Shown piece by piece: positions 1 to 8,978 of a stretch of 51,910 bases of DNA. The number at the start of each line of letters is the position of its first letter. Within the stretch, counting starts at the first letter, position 1. The DNA comes from Acidimicrobiales bacterium (GTDB lineage Bacteria; Actinomycetota; Acidimicrobiia; Acidimicrobiales; SHLQ01): NCBI GenBank assembly GCA_004282895.1, contig SHLQ01000002.1, forward strand, positions 1 to 51,910, written 5' to 3'. Made by a program: the position numbers and the translations under genes. A model generated the notes under the pieces. That model ran no database searches. It saw nothing but the letters and a program-made list of their open reading frames with translations, and was not told where the DNA came from.

Positions 1-152
1 GCTGATCGGTTGCCACTCGACGTTCAGGTCACGCTCCGGCTGCACCACATCGACGACCCAACGGGCCGTCACCCAGCACCACGGTCAAATGGGATCAACC
101 CAGAATTCGATATCCATCCGGTCACCATACAGAGACGGGTACTGTTCGGGCG

Positions 153-1670
153 ATGGCCAGAAGAGGGCGAGCTCGATCGACGGCGAACGAACCGGCGATA
201 CGGCAGCTGCCATGGCGACAGGTCGAGCACACCCACGGCACCCTGCCTGTCCTGGATGATGAGGGGGTCGAGACGATCCACAACGCGTCACTGCGCGTAC
301 TAGAGGAACTGGGCATCGAGCTCTGGAGCGAGGACGCTCGTCAGCTGTTCGCCGATGCGGGTGCGGTTGTCGAGGGTGAAGTGGTGCGCGTCGGGCGTGA
401 GGTCATCGAAGCGGCGCTTGCATCGGCACCGTCTTCCTTCACACTCACCAGTCGCAACGAGGACAAGCAGCTCGACATCGGTGGAAACCGGATGGCGTTC
501 GGACTCGTGGCCGGCCCGCCATCGGTGCACGACTGCGTCGGCGGCCGACGCCCGTCGAACATGGAGGACTACGAGAACTTCATCCGGCTCGCGCATTACT
601 TCAACGCGATTCACATCATCGGGAATCAGGTCGCATCGCCATTGGAATTGCCAGCCAACAACCGCCACCTCGACGCCTACCGAGCCAATCTCACACTCAG
701 CGATCTGAGCTTCCACTGTCTGTCGATCGGTCGTGGCCGAGCGCTCGATGGGATCGAGATGATGGCCATCGCCAGAGGGCTCACGCTCGAGGAGATGGCC
801 TTATCTCCAGGTGTGACCACGATCATCAATGTGAACTCACCCCGCCGTTTCGATGAGGAGATGGCGAACGGTCTGATGACGATGAGTGAACACGGTCAGG
901 TCGTGTCGGTCACGCCGTTTACGCTCATGGGGGCGATGACGCCGGTGACACTCGCCGCTGCGCTCACGCAGCAGAACGCGGAGGCACTGTTCGGTATTGC
1001 GCTCACGCAGCTGACCAATCCGGGGTCACCCGTCATGTATGGCGCCTTCACCAGCAATGTCGACATGCGCAGCGGTGCCCCAGCTTTCGGCACACCTGAA
1101 CAGACCAAAGCCAATATCGCGTCGGGTCAGTTGGCGCGGCGCTACGGCCTGCCCTATCGGTGCAGCAACTCGAGCGCATCCAATGTGGTTGATGCGCAAG
1201 CCGCCTACGAGACGCAGATGTCGTTGTGGGGAGCCGTCCTCGGCGGAGCGAACCTCGTGTATCACGCTGCCGGTTGGATGGAGGGCGGGCTTCAGGCCAG
1301 CTACGAGAAGCTCGTGCTCGATGTGGAGATGCTGCAGCAGATGATGGAGTTCCTCACGCCGGTGAAACTCGACGAGGAGGAGCTGGCCTTCGATGCAATG
1401 TCGCGGGTGCCTACGGGCGGCCACTTCTTCGGGGATGAGCACACTCTGGCCCGCTACGAGCATGCGTTCTACGCGCCAATCCTCAGCGATTGGCAGAACC
1501 ACGGGGCCTGGGAGGAGGCGGGTTCGCTGACCGCGACCCAGCGGGCCACGACGTTGTGGCAAACCGCGTTGGCGGACTACGAGGAGCCGACGATGCCTGC
1601 GGACCGACGCGAAGCACTCGACGACTACGTGGCCCGCCGCAAAGAAGAGATCGCCGACGGCGAGCCCTAG
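153..1670 (+). CDS. MttB-superfamily methyltransferase, non-pyrrolysine type (quaternary-amine/glycine-betaine:corrinoid methyltransferase-like)
   Basis: Uninterrupted 505-aa ORF. The N-terminus (RQLPWRQ...LDDEGVETIHNASLRVLEELGIE) and the length fit the trimethylamine methyltransferase MttB family as I recall it. There is no in-frame TAG, so no pyrrolysine codon. Confidence 0.85.
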   Translation: MARRGRARSTANEPAIRQLPWRQVEHTHGTLPVLDDEGVETIHNASLRVLEELGIELWSEDARQLFADAGAVVEGEVVRVGREVIEAALASAPSSFTLTSRNEDKQLDIGGNRMAFGLVAGPPSVHDCVGGRRPSNMEDYENFIRLAHYFNAIHIIGNQVASPLELPANNRHLDAYRANLTLSDLSFHCLSIGRGRALDGIEMMAIARGLTLEEMALSPGVTTIINVNSPRRFDEEMANGLMTMSEHGQVVSVTPFTLMGAMTPVTLAAALTQQNAEALFGIALTQLTNPGSPVMYGAFTSNVDMRSGAPAFGTPEQTKANIASGQLARRYGLPYRCSNSSASNVVDAQAAYETQMSLWGAVLGGANLVYHAAGWMEGGLQASYEKLVLDVEMLQQMMEFLTPVKLDEEELAFDAMSRVPTGGHFFGDEHTLARYEHAFYAPILSDWQNHGAWEEAGSLTATQRATTLWQTALADYEEPTMPADRREALDDYVARRKEEIADGEP

Positions 1671-1745
1671 ACCCCTCTGAGATCTGTGGAGCGTGTGGTG
1701 CGTATACCGCGCGCCAGACTCCACAGAACCGGGGTGACGTAGGAT

Positions 1746-2411
1746 TTGGAGGTGGGGTGGCAGGCGTACGATCGATTCGAAGATCCGGTTGACGGAACGG
1801 TCTGGCACATCGACGCCGAGTTCCTCACGTCGAACTGGACCTGTATCTGGGGCAAGGGCTGCAAGGGGATCCTGCCCGAGCCAGCGGAGCATCTGAATCA
1901 AGGCTGTTGTTCACATGGAGCCCAGTTCCTCGACGACGAGGAGGCGATGAACACGGGTGCACTCGCGGCGACGCTCGACCCGCCGCGCTTCCAATTCCAC
2001 GCGGAGGCGGTCGCGGGAGGAATCTACGCGGACGAGTCGCGAACGTTGACCCGTGTGGTCGAGGGCGCGTGTATCTTCCACAACCGTCCGGGATTCGCCG
2101 GGGGAGAGGGGTGTGCGCTCCATCTCGCCGCGGTCGACGTCGGTGAGTCTCCGACCACGTGGAAACCGTCGGTCTGTTGGCAACTGCCGCTGCGTGCCGA
2201 AACGCAGGAGGACGGTTCGAACGTGTTGCGCCACTGGGCGCGCACGGACTGGGACGAAGAGAACTCGACGATCGCCTGGTGCTGCACCGAAGAGCCCGAG
2301 CCGTACATCGGCGAAACCACGGTGATTGAGTCTCTCGCCGAGGAGTTGACCGCCATGGTCGGCCCCGAGGTCTACGTCGAGATCACACGCCGCCTTACAC
2401 CCAAATCCTGA
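1746..2411 (+). CDS. Conserved Cys-rich hypothetical protein (possible Fe-S or zinc cluster protein)
   Basis: 221-aa ORF with good third-position GC bias and a TTG start (GTG alternative at 1752). Cys motifs: CIWGKGC, GCCSHG, ACIF, GCALH, VCWQLP, WCCTE. I do not recall the family name with confidence. Confidence 0.6.
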   Translation: MEVGWQAYDRFEDPVDGTVWHIDAEFLTSNWTCIWGKGCKGILPEPAEHLNQGCCSHGAQFLDDEEAMNTGALAATLDPPRFQFHAEAVAGGIYADESRTLTRVVEGACIFHNRPGFAGGEGCALHLAAVDVGESPTTWKPSVCWQLPLRAETQEDGSNVLRHWARTDWDEENSTIAWCCTEEPEPYIGETTVIESLAEELTAMVGPEVYVEITRRLTPKS

Positions 2412-2424
2412 GCGCACTCCACTC

Positions 2425-2464
2425 AAAGGGGTCTGACCCCTTTTTGGCGAAAGGGGTCAGACCC
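2425..2464. repeat. Composite palindromic element, copy 1 (AAAGGGGTCTGACCCCTTTTT-GGCG-AAAGGGGTCAGACCC); probable bidirectional intrinsic terminator
   Basis: The two arms are reverse complements of each other, and each arm is also self-palindromic. A T-run follows the first arm. It sits between the stops of convergent genes 1746..2411(+) and 2503..4113(-). Confidence 0.7.
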
Positions 2465-2502
2465 GTTGCTGAGTGTGGCCGGCGATTCGGCCCGGTGGTT
2501 GG

Positions 2503-4113
2503 TCAGTTCATGGAGAGTGCGAGCTCGAAGTCGACCTCGGTTTCGCTCAATATGAGCTCGTCGCCTTCTGCTCTGGCCGGGAGGAAGCGCAAGGCAAACA
2601 ACGCACCGGCGACGGCGACCCCGGCGACGACGAGGCAGGCCACGGCCTGACCGGCGAGGAACGCGTCACTCACCTCGGTGAAGAAGCGTTGGGCGTCTGG
2701 TCCAAGCGTTTGAGCGACATTGCCGGCTCCCACGACCGACTCCTCGGTGACGGTTCGGGCCTCACCCGAAAGGCTCGAAAAGATCGGCCCGTCGGCGAGC
2801 GTATTGACATAGACGGAGCTGAAGATGGAACCGATGACCGCCACACCGAGTGTGCCTCCGAGCTCGCGCGTCGTGTCATTCACCGCGGAGCCGATGCCAG
2901 CCTTCTCGACCGGCAGCGAGCCCATGATGGATTCGGTTGCCGGTGCCGTGGTTGCGCCGAGTCCACCGCCGAGCAGCAACATCTGCCCGACGATCTCGAG
3001 GTACGGGGTTGTGGCCGAGGCGGCTGCGACCCAGGCAAAGCCGATGGCCATGGTGGCGAGACCCCCGCTGACGACGTACTTCGTGCCGATGCGCTCAACC
3101 AGAAGCGGCGAGATGATCGACGCCGCGGCGATTGCGAACGCCACCGGAAGGGTGCGGATGCCGGCCTCCAGCGGCGAGTAGCCACGAACCAGCTGGAAAT
3201 ACTGCGTGATCAGGAAGATGAACCCGAACAGTGCGAAGAACGCCGATGTCACCGCGACGCTGGCGGCGCTGAATCGGAGGTTCTTGAAGATTCGCACGGG
3301 CAGCAGCGGATTCTCGACCCGAAGTTCCCACCAGACAAATGTGGCCAAGAGAACCGTCGAGGCTACGAAGCCGGCAAACGTGACTCCACTGAGCCAACCG
3401 AACTCCGGTGCTTCGATGATCGTGAAGACGATTGCGGTGATCGACGCGATCGAAAGCAGTAGTCCAACCCGATCCATGCGGGGTACGTCCTCATCGCGTG
3501 ATTCGGGCACGACGAAAACCGTGGCGATGATGGCGATGATCGCAATCGGCACATTGATGTAGAAGACCGAGCCCCACCAGAAGTTCTCCAGGAGCCAGCC
3601 GCCGCTGATCGGCCCGGCGGCGACGCCGATTCCACTTGTTGCGGCCCATATACCGATGGCTTTTGCTCGCTCCGTTGGGTCGGCGAACATGTTGGTGATG
3701 ATCGCCAAGGTGGCGGGGAAGATGCCGGCGGCGCCGATTCCCATCAACGCTCGCCCGATGATCAGCTCCGTTGGGGTGTCGACGGAGCCTGCGAACGCCG
3801 ACGTGATGCCAAAGATTGCCAGACCGATGATCAATGACCGCTTGCGGCCGAAACGATCGCCCAATCCGCCTGCCGCCAGAAGTAGACCGGCGAATACGAG
3901 GAGATAGGAATCCACGATCCACTGCAGCTCGCGGGTTGTAGCACCGAGGTCAGCCGAGAGGCTTGGCAGTGCGATGTTGACGATGGTCCCATCGAGGGTC
4001 GTCACAAATACGCCGAGCGCAACCACCGCCAGCGCGGCCCATCGGCGCGGATGACCCTTGTCGATGGCGTCCCCTGGCGCCTCTTCCGTTTCCCGTTCCT
4101 GTTGTTTTCTCAT
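2503..4113 (-). CDS. MFS transporter, DHA2 (EmrB/QacA-like, 14-TM) drug:H+ antiporter family
   Basis: 536-aa polytopic ORF. N-terminal motif LGVFVTTLDGTIVNIALPSL and GDRFGRKR between TM2 and TM3 are typical of DHA2 MFS exporters. It is divergent from a TetR gene. Confidence 0.85.
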   Translation of the reverse strand: MRKQQERETEEAPGDAIDKGHPRRWAALAVVALGVFVTTLDGTIVNIALPSLSADLGATTRELQWIVDSYLLVFAGLLLAAGGLGDRFGRKRSLIIGLAIFGITSAFAGSVDTPTELIIGRALMGIGAAGIFPATLAIITNMFADPTERAKAIGIWAATSGIGVAAGPISGGWLLENFWWGSVFYINVPIAIIAIIATVFVVPESRDEDVPRMDRVGLLLSIASITAIVFTIIEAPEFGWLSGVTFAGFVASTVLLATFVWWELRVENPLLPVRIFKNLRFSAASVAVTSAFFALFGFIFLITQYFQLVRGYSPLEAGIRTLPVAFAIAAASIISPLLVERIGTKYVVSGGLATMAIGFAWVAAASATTPYLEIVGQMLLLGGGLGATTAPATESIMGSLPVEKAGIGSAVNDTTRELGGTLGVAVIGSIFSSVYVNTLADGPIFSSLSGEARTVTEESVVGAGNVAQTLGPDAQRFFTEVSDAFLAGQAVACLVVAGVAVAGALFALRFLPARAEGDELILSETEVDFELALSMN

Positions 4114-4133
4114 GATCCTGCCTTTCGAGATAT

Positions 4134-4193
4134 CTTGACACTGTCAAGCTGAAGTACTTGACAATGTAAAGTAGAAACTTGACAACGTCAAGT
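4134..4193. promoter_or_regulatory. Candidate TetR operators / divergent promoter region (three CTTGACA-containing sites, two of them palindromes)
   Basis: CTTGACA-C-TGTCAAG (4134..4148), ACTTGACAATGT (4156..4167) and ACTTGAC-AAC-GTCAAGT (4177..4193) lie in the 99-nt gap between the MFS start (4113, minus) and the TetR start (4213, plus). TTGACA is also a -35-like hexamer. Confidence 0.5.
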
Positions 4194-4212
4194 CCCAAGG
4201 CATACTGGAATT

Positions 4213-4830
4213 ATGACCCCCGCCACAGAGACCGAAGCGGCCGACCTCCGACAGGTGCTGCAGGAGGCAACCGCCGAGGTCATCGTTGAACGAGGGCTCG
4301 GCGCGTTCAGCCTCCGTGAAGTGGCCCGACGCGCTGGCGTCTCCCATGCCGCGCCGGGTTACCACTTCGGCGACATGGAGGGTCTCCTCACGGCGCTTGC
4401 CATCGAGGGACTTGACACCCTGCACCGGCAGACCGCCGCGGCGGCGGCCATGACCACGGATCCCATTGAGCGGCTGCGGCTCATCGGCGTGGCCTACGTA
4501 CAAGTCGGAATGAACTTCCCCGCGCACATGGAGGTTGCGTTCCGGCCCGACGTCGTCGACGGTGACCATCCTTCACTGCAGACCTGCGGGACGTCGGCGT
4601 TCGGCGTTCTTGAGGATGCCGTCCGAGACATTGCGGAGACCCACAACCCGAAACTCGACGTTCGTAAGGCTTCACATTTGTGCTGGAGCGCGATGCAAGG
4701 GTTGGTTGAGCTCCATCCCAAATTGACTCGACTCGACGAGATGAGCGGGGTACCCGCGTCGTCGATCGACGACTTGGTTTCCTCGTTCACCTCGCTGCTG
4801 GTGACCGGGTTCCTGCACGCCGACGACTGA
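4213..4830 (+). CDS. TetR/AcrR family transcriptional regulator
   Basis: N-terminal HTH FSLREVARRAGVSHAAPGYHFGDMEGLLTALA is typical of TetR_N. Length is 205 aa, and it is divergent from an efflux pump. Confidence 0.85.
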   Translation: MTPATETEAADLRQVLQEATAEVIVERGLGAFSLREVARRAGVSHAAPGYHFGDMEGLLTALAIEGLDTLHRQTAAAAAMTTDPIERLRLIGVAYVQVGMNFPAHMEVAFRPDVVDGDHPSLQTCGTSAFGVLEDAVRDIAETHNPKLDVRKASHLCWSAMQGLVELHPKLTRLDEMSGVPASSIDDLVSSFTSLLVTGFLHADD

Positions 4831-4838
4831 CTCAATTG

Positions 4839-4890
4839 CGACAAAGGGGTCTGACCCCTTTTTGGCAGAAGGGGTCAGACCCCTTTGTCG
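4839..4890. repeat. Composite palindromic element, copy 2 (best copy): perfect 20-nt arms CGACAAAGGGGTCTGACCCC / GGGGTCAGACCCCTTTGTCG with a 12-nt spacer
   Basis: I checked the arms base by base as exact reverse complements. The spacer ends can extend pairing to a roughly 24-bp stem with a TGGC loop. It lies between convergent TetR (stop 4830) and PhyH, whose last codons (...KTDKGV, stop at 4875) fall inside the right arm. Confidence 0.75.
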
Positions 4891-5750
4891 GTTTTTGCTT
4901 GTTGGTTGAAGAAGCTGGCGGACTTGGGGACCGGCGGAATTCGCATGGCGTAGTCGGAGGTGCGGACCATCTCCGAGGCCGTGCCGCGGACGAGCTCACC
5001 TTCGTGGACGCTCGGGATGTGGCTGGTCGCCAACGGAATCGCATCGTCGCTGCGGTACTCGGCAATAAACAGGGTCCGGGGCTGATCTGACGCGTTCGGG
5101 GCGGAGCCATGCAACAGCAGGTTGTGCATCAGACAGGCCGAACCAGCGGGGCCGATGCAGGGGACCGAGGCTGCTTCAGCCATCTCGACCACATGGGGTT
5201 CAACGATCCCGCTGAACGTGTCGTCTTCCCAATGCGTGTAGAGCTCGCCTTTGTGGCTGCCCGGCACAACCCGTAGCGGACCGTTGTCCAGGGTGACGTC
5301 ATCGAGGAAGTAGAGGATGGCGACCAGATCGGTGTTGCTGTGCGGCTGGAACGCGAAGTCCTGATGGAACATCACCTGGGTCGCGGCACCGGGTTGCTTC
5401 GAGTTGACCTTCGAGTTGTTGAACTGCACGTTCGGTCCAACGACCTGAGCGACCGCGTCGACGCCGGGCGCATTGCGCATGGCATCGAGATAGGCCAGCG
5501 AAATCTCGGTCGGTGAGGCCACGCGCCGAAGCGCCGGTTTCGGGGCGGTGTGACCAGGCTCGACATCGAACCGCTCTCGACCATCGATGGTGGCACCAAA
5601 GGGGCCGTCGTGTTGGCGGCTGTCATCGCGCCACTCGGCAAAGTCCTCTCGCAAGGCGGCGAGTTGATCGGAGGTGAGCGCGTCTTCCATGAAGACGAAC
5701 CCGTCTCGGTGGTACTTCTGAACTTGTTCGTCGGTGAGCGGTCCGGCCAT
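4875..5750 (-). CDS. Phytanoyl-CoA dioxygenase (PhyH) family Fe(II)/2-oxoglutarate oxygenase
   Basis: 291 aa. N-terminal LTDEQVQKYHRDGFVF, an HQD (HxD) facial-triad motif, and a later LLHGSAPN with the distal His. This is the typical PhyH layout. Confidence 0.8.
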   Translation of the reverse strand: MAGPLTDEQVQKYHRDGFVFMEDALTSDQLAALREDFAEWRDDSRQHDGPFGATIDGRERFDVEPGHTAPKPALRRVASPTEISLAYLDAMRNAPGVDAVAQVVGPNVQFNNSKVNSKQPGAATQVMFHQDFAFQPHSNTDLVAILYFLDDVTLDNGPLRVVPGSHKGELYTHWEDDTFSGIVEPHVVEMAEAASVPCIGPAGSACLMHNLLLHGSAPNASDQPRTLFIAEYRSDDAIPLATSHIPSVHEGELVRGTASEMVRTSDYAMRIPPVPKSASFFNQQAKTDKGV

Positions 5751-5799
5751 CGCGCGAGTGTAGCTATCGACCCTCGGAACGAAGAACTAGGTTCGGGCC

Positions 5800-6531
5800 A
5801 TGAATGTGACCGAGGACATTGTCGAAACCACCAGCGATGGCGAGCCGATGGCGGTGCTCGTGAAACAACCGAGCGATGGGGCGCATCACCCGACGATCGC
5901 AATGTTCCACGACGGTCCGGGCATCCGCGAGTCGACCCACACGTTCGCCAACAAACTGGCCGCAGAGGGGTATCGCGTTGTCGTGCCCGATCTGTACCAC
6001 CGTCACGGTCGGCTGCTCGGCTGGGAGGCCTCGGAAGCCACGGACGAGACCCGAGCCCAGGTCATGAAGATGTTGTTCTCGTTGACGGACGACGGAATTC
6101 AGAACGATCTCGACGCGGCGCTTGCCGCCGTCGGCGTGGAGCCAGCTGAGAAGATGGGGACGATCGGCTTCTGCCTGGGTGCCCGAGCGATCTACCGCAC
6201 GTTGATGCGCCTTCCTGACCGGTTCGTGGTCGGGGCCACGTGGCATCCGTCCTTTCTCGCTGATGACGGAGACGATTCGCCGCACCTGACTGCGGGCGAC
6301 CTGAAGCAGCCGGTGTTTATCGGTATTGGTGATGCGGACGAGGTGCAATCAATCGCCATGCATCAGCCGTTCTTCGATGCGGTCGAGCCATTGGACCACG
6401 TCCAGGTCGAGGTCTTTCCGGGCGCCGACCACGGCTACAGCTGGCCGATCGGGGTCAACTATGACGAGAACGCTGCGACCACATCATGGGAGCGCACCAC
6501 GAAGCTATTCGCCGCGCATCTCCTCGGATGA
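5800..6531 (+). CDS. Dienelactone hydrolase family protein (alpha/beta hydrolase)
   Basis: 243 aa. Motifs include FHDGPGIRE, nucleophile-elbow-like IGFCLGARA, GDADEV and GADHGY near the C-terminus. Confidence 0.8.
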   Translation: MNVTEDIVETTSDGEPMAVLVKQPSDGAHHPTIAMFHDGPGIRESTHTFANKLAAEGYRVVVPDLYHRHGRLLGWEASEATDETRAQVMKMLFSLTDDGIQNDLDAALAAVGVEPAEKMGTIGFCLGARAIYRTLMRLPDRFVVGATWHPSFLADDGDDSPHLTAGDLKQPVFIGIGDADEVQSIAMHQPFFDAVEPLDHVQVEVFPGADHGYSWPIGVNYDENAATTSWERTTKLFAAHLLG

Positions 6532-7877
6532 CCACACCGGGGCATCAGCCCACAGCGGTGCTCAACTGGTTGCACGACACGACCTTGGCCGACATGCCCG
6601 AGGACGTCGTCGCGTTCGGGCAACGCTGCCTCCTTGACCTGCTCGGCGTAGCGGCCGCGGGCCGAACGACCGAACTGTCGAGCATCATCCATGATCATGC
6701 CGCGAAACACTTCGGCGCTGGCACAGGGCCAGCCGTGCCGATGTTGTTCGATGGTCGGGAAGTCAGCCCGGCTGGTGCGGCGCTCGCCTCCGGAATGACG
6801 ATCGACTCGATCGACGCGCACGACGGCAACAACCTGACGAAGGGGCACACCGGTTGCCATCAGGTCGCTGCCATTCTGGCGTTCACGCAGGCGGAGCAGA
6901 AAGATGATGCCGGGGAGTTCCTGGCGAACCTGATCGTCGGTTACGAGATCGCAACCCGCGCCGGCATCGCGCTGCACCAGACCGCGTGTGATTACCACAC
7001 GTCTGGCGCGTGGGGTGCGGTCGGCGCAGCGGCGCTGGGGGCACGGGTCCTCGGTTTGGACCATGCATCGACGTTTGAGGCGATGGGTATCGCCGAGTAC
7101 CACGGACCGCGAAGTCAGATGATGCGCGTGATCGACCATCCAACGATGTTGAAGGACGGATCGGGTTGGGGAGCAATGGCCGGAGTAAGCGCGGCCTATC
7201 TTGCGGCCGATGGCTTCACGGGAGCGCCCGCGGTCACGATCAACGACCCCACCGTCGCCGACGTGTGGGCCGATCTCGGCGAACGGTGGATCATCTTCGA
7301 GCAGTACTTCAAACCTCATCCCGTCTGCCGGTGGGCCCAACCCGCGGTCGAAGCAGCTCTGAATCTCTGCCGGGAGCACAACATTCCGGGCCCCGATGTC
7401 GAAGGAGTTGAGGTGGTCACGTTTCACGAGGCGGCTCGGCTGGCCACCGCCCTGCCGGCCACAACCGAACAGGCGCAATACAGCCTGCCGTTCCCCGTCG
7501 CCGCCGCGATCGTGCGCGGACAACTCGGCGCCACGGAGGTGAGTGCTGCCGCGCTTGCCGACGAGGAGATTCGCTCGTTATCCCAACGGGTGACCATCGT
7601 CGAGGACAATGCCCACAACGCAGCCTTCCCGCACAATCGCTACGCCCGGGTCACGATCAACCTCGCTGACGGCACGTCGCACACCTCCGAAGACACAGAA
7701 CCCCGCGGTGATGCGACTGCACACTTGTCCGACGATGAGATTCGGGCCAAGTTCCACCTGTTCGCTGATCCGGTGCTCGGTCGAGATCGGGCGACGGTAA
7801 TAGGTACGACCATCGGCGGACTTTCGGCGACGGACTCACTCACTCCGTTCTTGGAGCTTTTGCGTCCGGGCGTCTAG
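6528..7877 (+). CDS. MmgE/PrpD family protein (2-methylcitrate dehydratase-like)
   Basis: The long ORF frame opens at 6486. I prefer the ATG at 6528, which overlaps the upstream TGA (ATGA coupling). The sequence (LLDLLGVAAAG..., HTSGAWGAVGAAALGARVLGL) fits the PrpD fold family. Confidence 0.8.
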   Translation: MTTPGHQPTAVLNWLHDTTLADMPEDVVAFGQRCLLDLLGVAAAGRTTELSSIIHDHAAKHFGAGTGPAVPMLFDGREVSPAGAALASGMTIDSIDAHDGNNLTKGHTGCHQVAAILAFTQAEQKDDAGEFLANLIVGYEIATRAGIALHQTACDYHTSGAWGAVGAAALGARVLGLDHASTFEAMGIAEYHGPRSQMMRVIDHPTMLKDGSGWGAMAGVSAAYLAADGFTGAPAVTINDPTVADVWADLGERWIIFEQYFKPHPVCRWAQPAVEAALNLCREHNIPGPDVEGVEVVTFHEAARLATALPATTEQAQYSLPFPVAAAIVRGQLGATEVSAAALADEEIRSLSQRVTIVEDNAHNAAFPHNRYARVTINLADGTSHTSEDTEPRGDATAHLSDDEIRAKFHLFADPVLGRDRATVIGTTIGGLSATDSLTPFLELLRPGV

Positions 7878-7883
7878 CGGAAG

Positions 7884-8903
7884 CTAGGTCGGGGATTCCC
7901 GCAGCACAACGAGTCGGTCGTCGGCTTGGACATCGCCGGCGGCAACTTGATCGGGCGGAAGCCTGACGCCGTCGCGGATGACGGCCACGAGCGTCGAGCC
8001 AGTGGGTGCGGACGCTTCGCCAGCCGATGCCTCGGCTGCAACCTCCACCAACTCGAGTCCTTCGCCGGCGTCGAGAATATCGTCGAGTACCCGGACCGCA
8101 CCTGGCGCATAGGTGCCCAAACCAAGCATCCGCCCAACCGCCGCGGTGGCATCGACGACCTCGTTCGCACCAGCCTGCCGGAGCAAGCTCAGATTCTCCT
8201 GTTCGCGTCCGCCGGCCACGATGTGCGCGGCGGGATTGCGCTCGCGCACGGTGAGTGTGATGAGCACGGCAGTATCGTCCCGGTTCGGCGACACGATCAC
8301 GGCACGCGCATCGGTGATCGCCGCCTGTTCCAGTACGGCGCTGTGGGTGGCGTCGCCTCGAATGGCCACGAATCCGAAATCCGACGCTCGGGCGAGTGCA
8401 TCGCTGTCCAAGTCGACGACCACGATGTCGTTTGCGTCCATCTCTCGGCTCATCAGGTCTCTGGCGGCACTCTGGCCCGTCGAACCGAATCCGCAGATCA
8501 CCACATGGTTCTTCACTTGTTTCCTCCAGCGTCGGGTGAGTAACAACTCGCGTGACTGATCCGTCAGCACTTCAACAGTGGTGCCGACGACCAGAATCAA
8601 AAACAGGATGCGAGCCGGCGTGATCAACACGATCGTCGCCAGCCGCGCCGACTCGGTGACCGCAGCGATGTCGCCGTAGCCCGTCGTGGTGACCGTCACC
8701 GAGGCGTAGTACAACGCGTCGAGGAAGCCGATGGATTCGTTGGTTCCAGAATCGATGAACCCATCACCGCCCAACCGGACGACCACGGCAACGAATACGA
8801 CCAGGGAAAGAGCGAAGCCAACCCGTCGCAGTATGGCGGCGAGCGGGGCCCGATCTGCGCGGGGGATCGCGATGAGATCGATCGCAGAACTCGAGCTGGC
8901 CAT
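7884..8903 (-). CDS. Potassium channel protein with C-terminal RCK/TrkA-N domain (MthK-like, 2-TM pore)
   Basis: K+ selectivity filter TVTTTGYGD. This is followed by a Rossmann GxGxxG motif (VVICGFGSTGQSAARDL) and an RCK-type C-terminus. Confidence 0.85.
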   Translation of the reverse strand: MASSSSAIDLIAIPRADRAPLAAILRRVGFALSLVVFVAVVVRLGGDGFIDSGTNESIGFLDALYYASVTVTTTGYGDIAAVTESARLATIVLITPARILFLILVVGTTVEVLTDQSRELLLTRRWRKQVKNHVVICGFGSTGQSAARDLMSREMDANDIVVVDLDSDALARASDFGFVAIRGDATHSAVLEQAAITDARAVIVSPNRDDTAVLITLTVRERNPAAHIVAGGREQENLSLLRQAGANEVVDATAAVGRMLGLGTYAPGAVRVLDDILDAGEGLELVEVAAEASAGEASAPTGSTLVAVIRDGVRLPPDQVAAGDVQADDRLVVLRESPT

Positions 8904-8978
8904 TCGCTGATGTTAGATCGCGTGGGAAACCGCGCCCGTGACTGCTGGCGGCGGTGGAACGACAGGCGAACTGGTCGG

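Noticed and set aside
1-152. A cobalamin riboswitch or other leader upstream of the MttB-family gene, and ORF 10..303.
   Set aside because: I could not find a B12-box-like element or a convincing conserved structure. ORF 10..303 overlaps the MttB start in another frame and has no coding character. The region is also truncated by the window edge.
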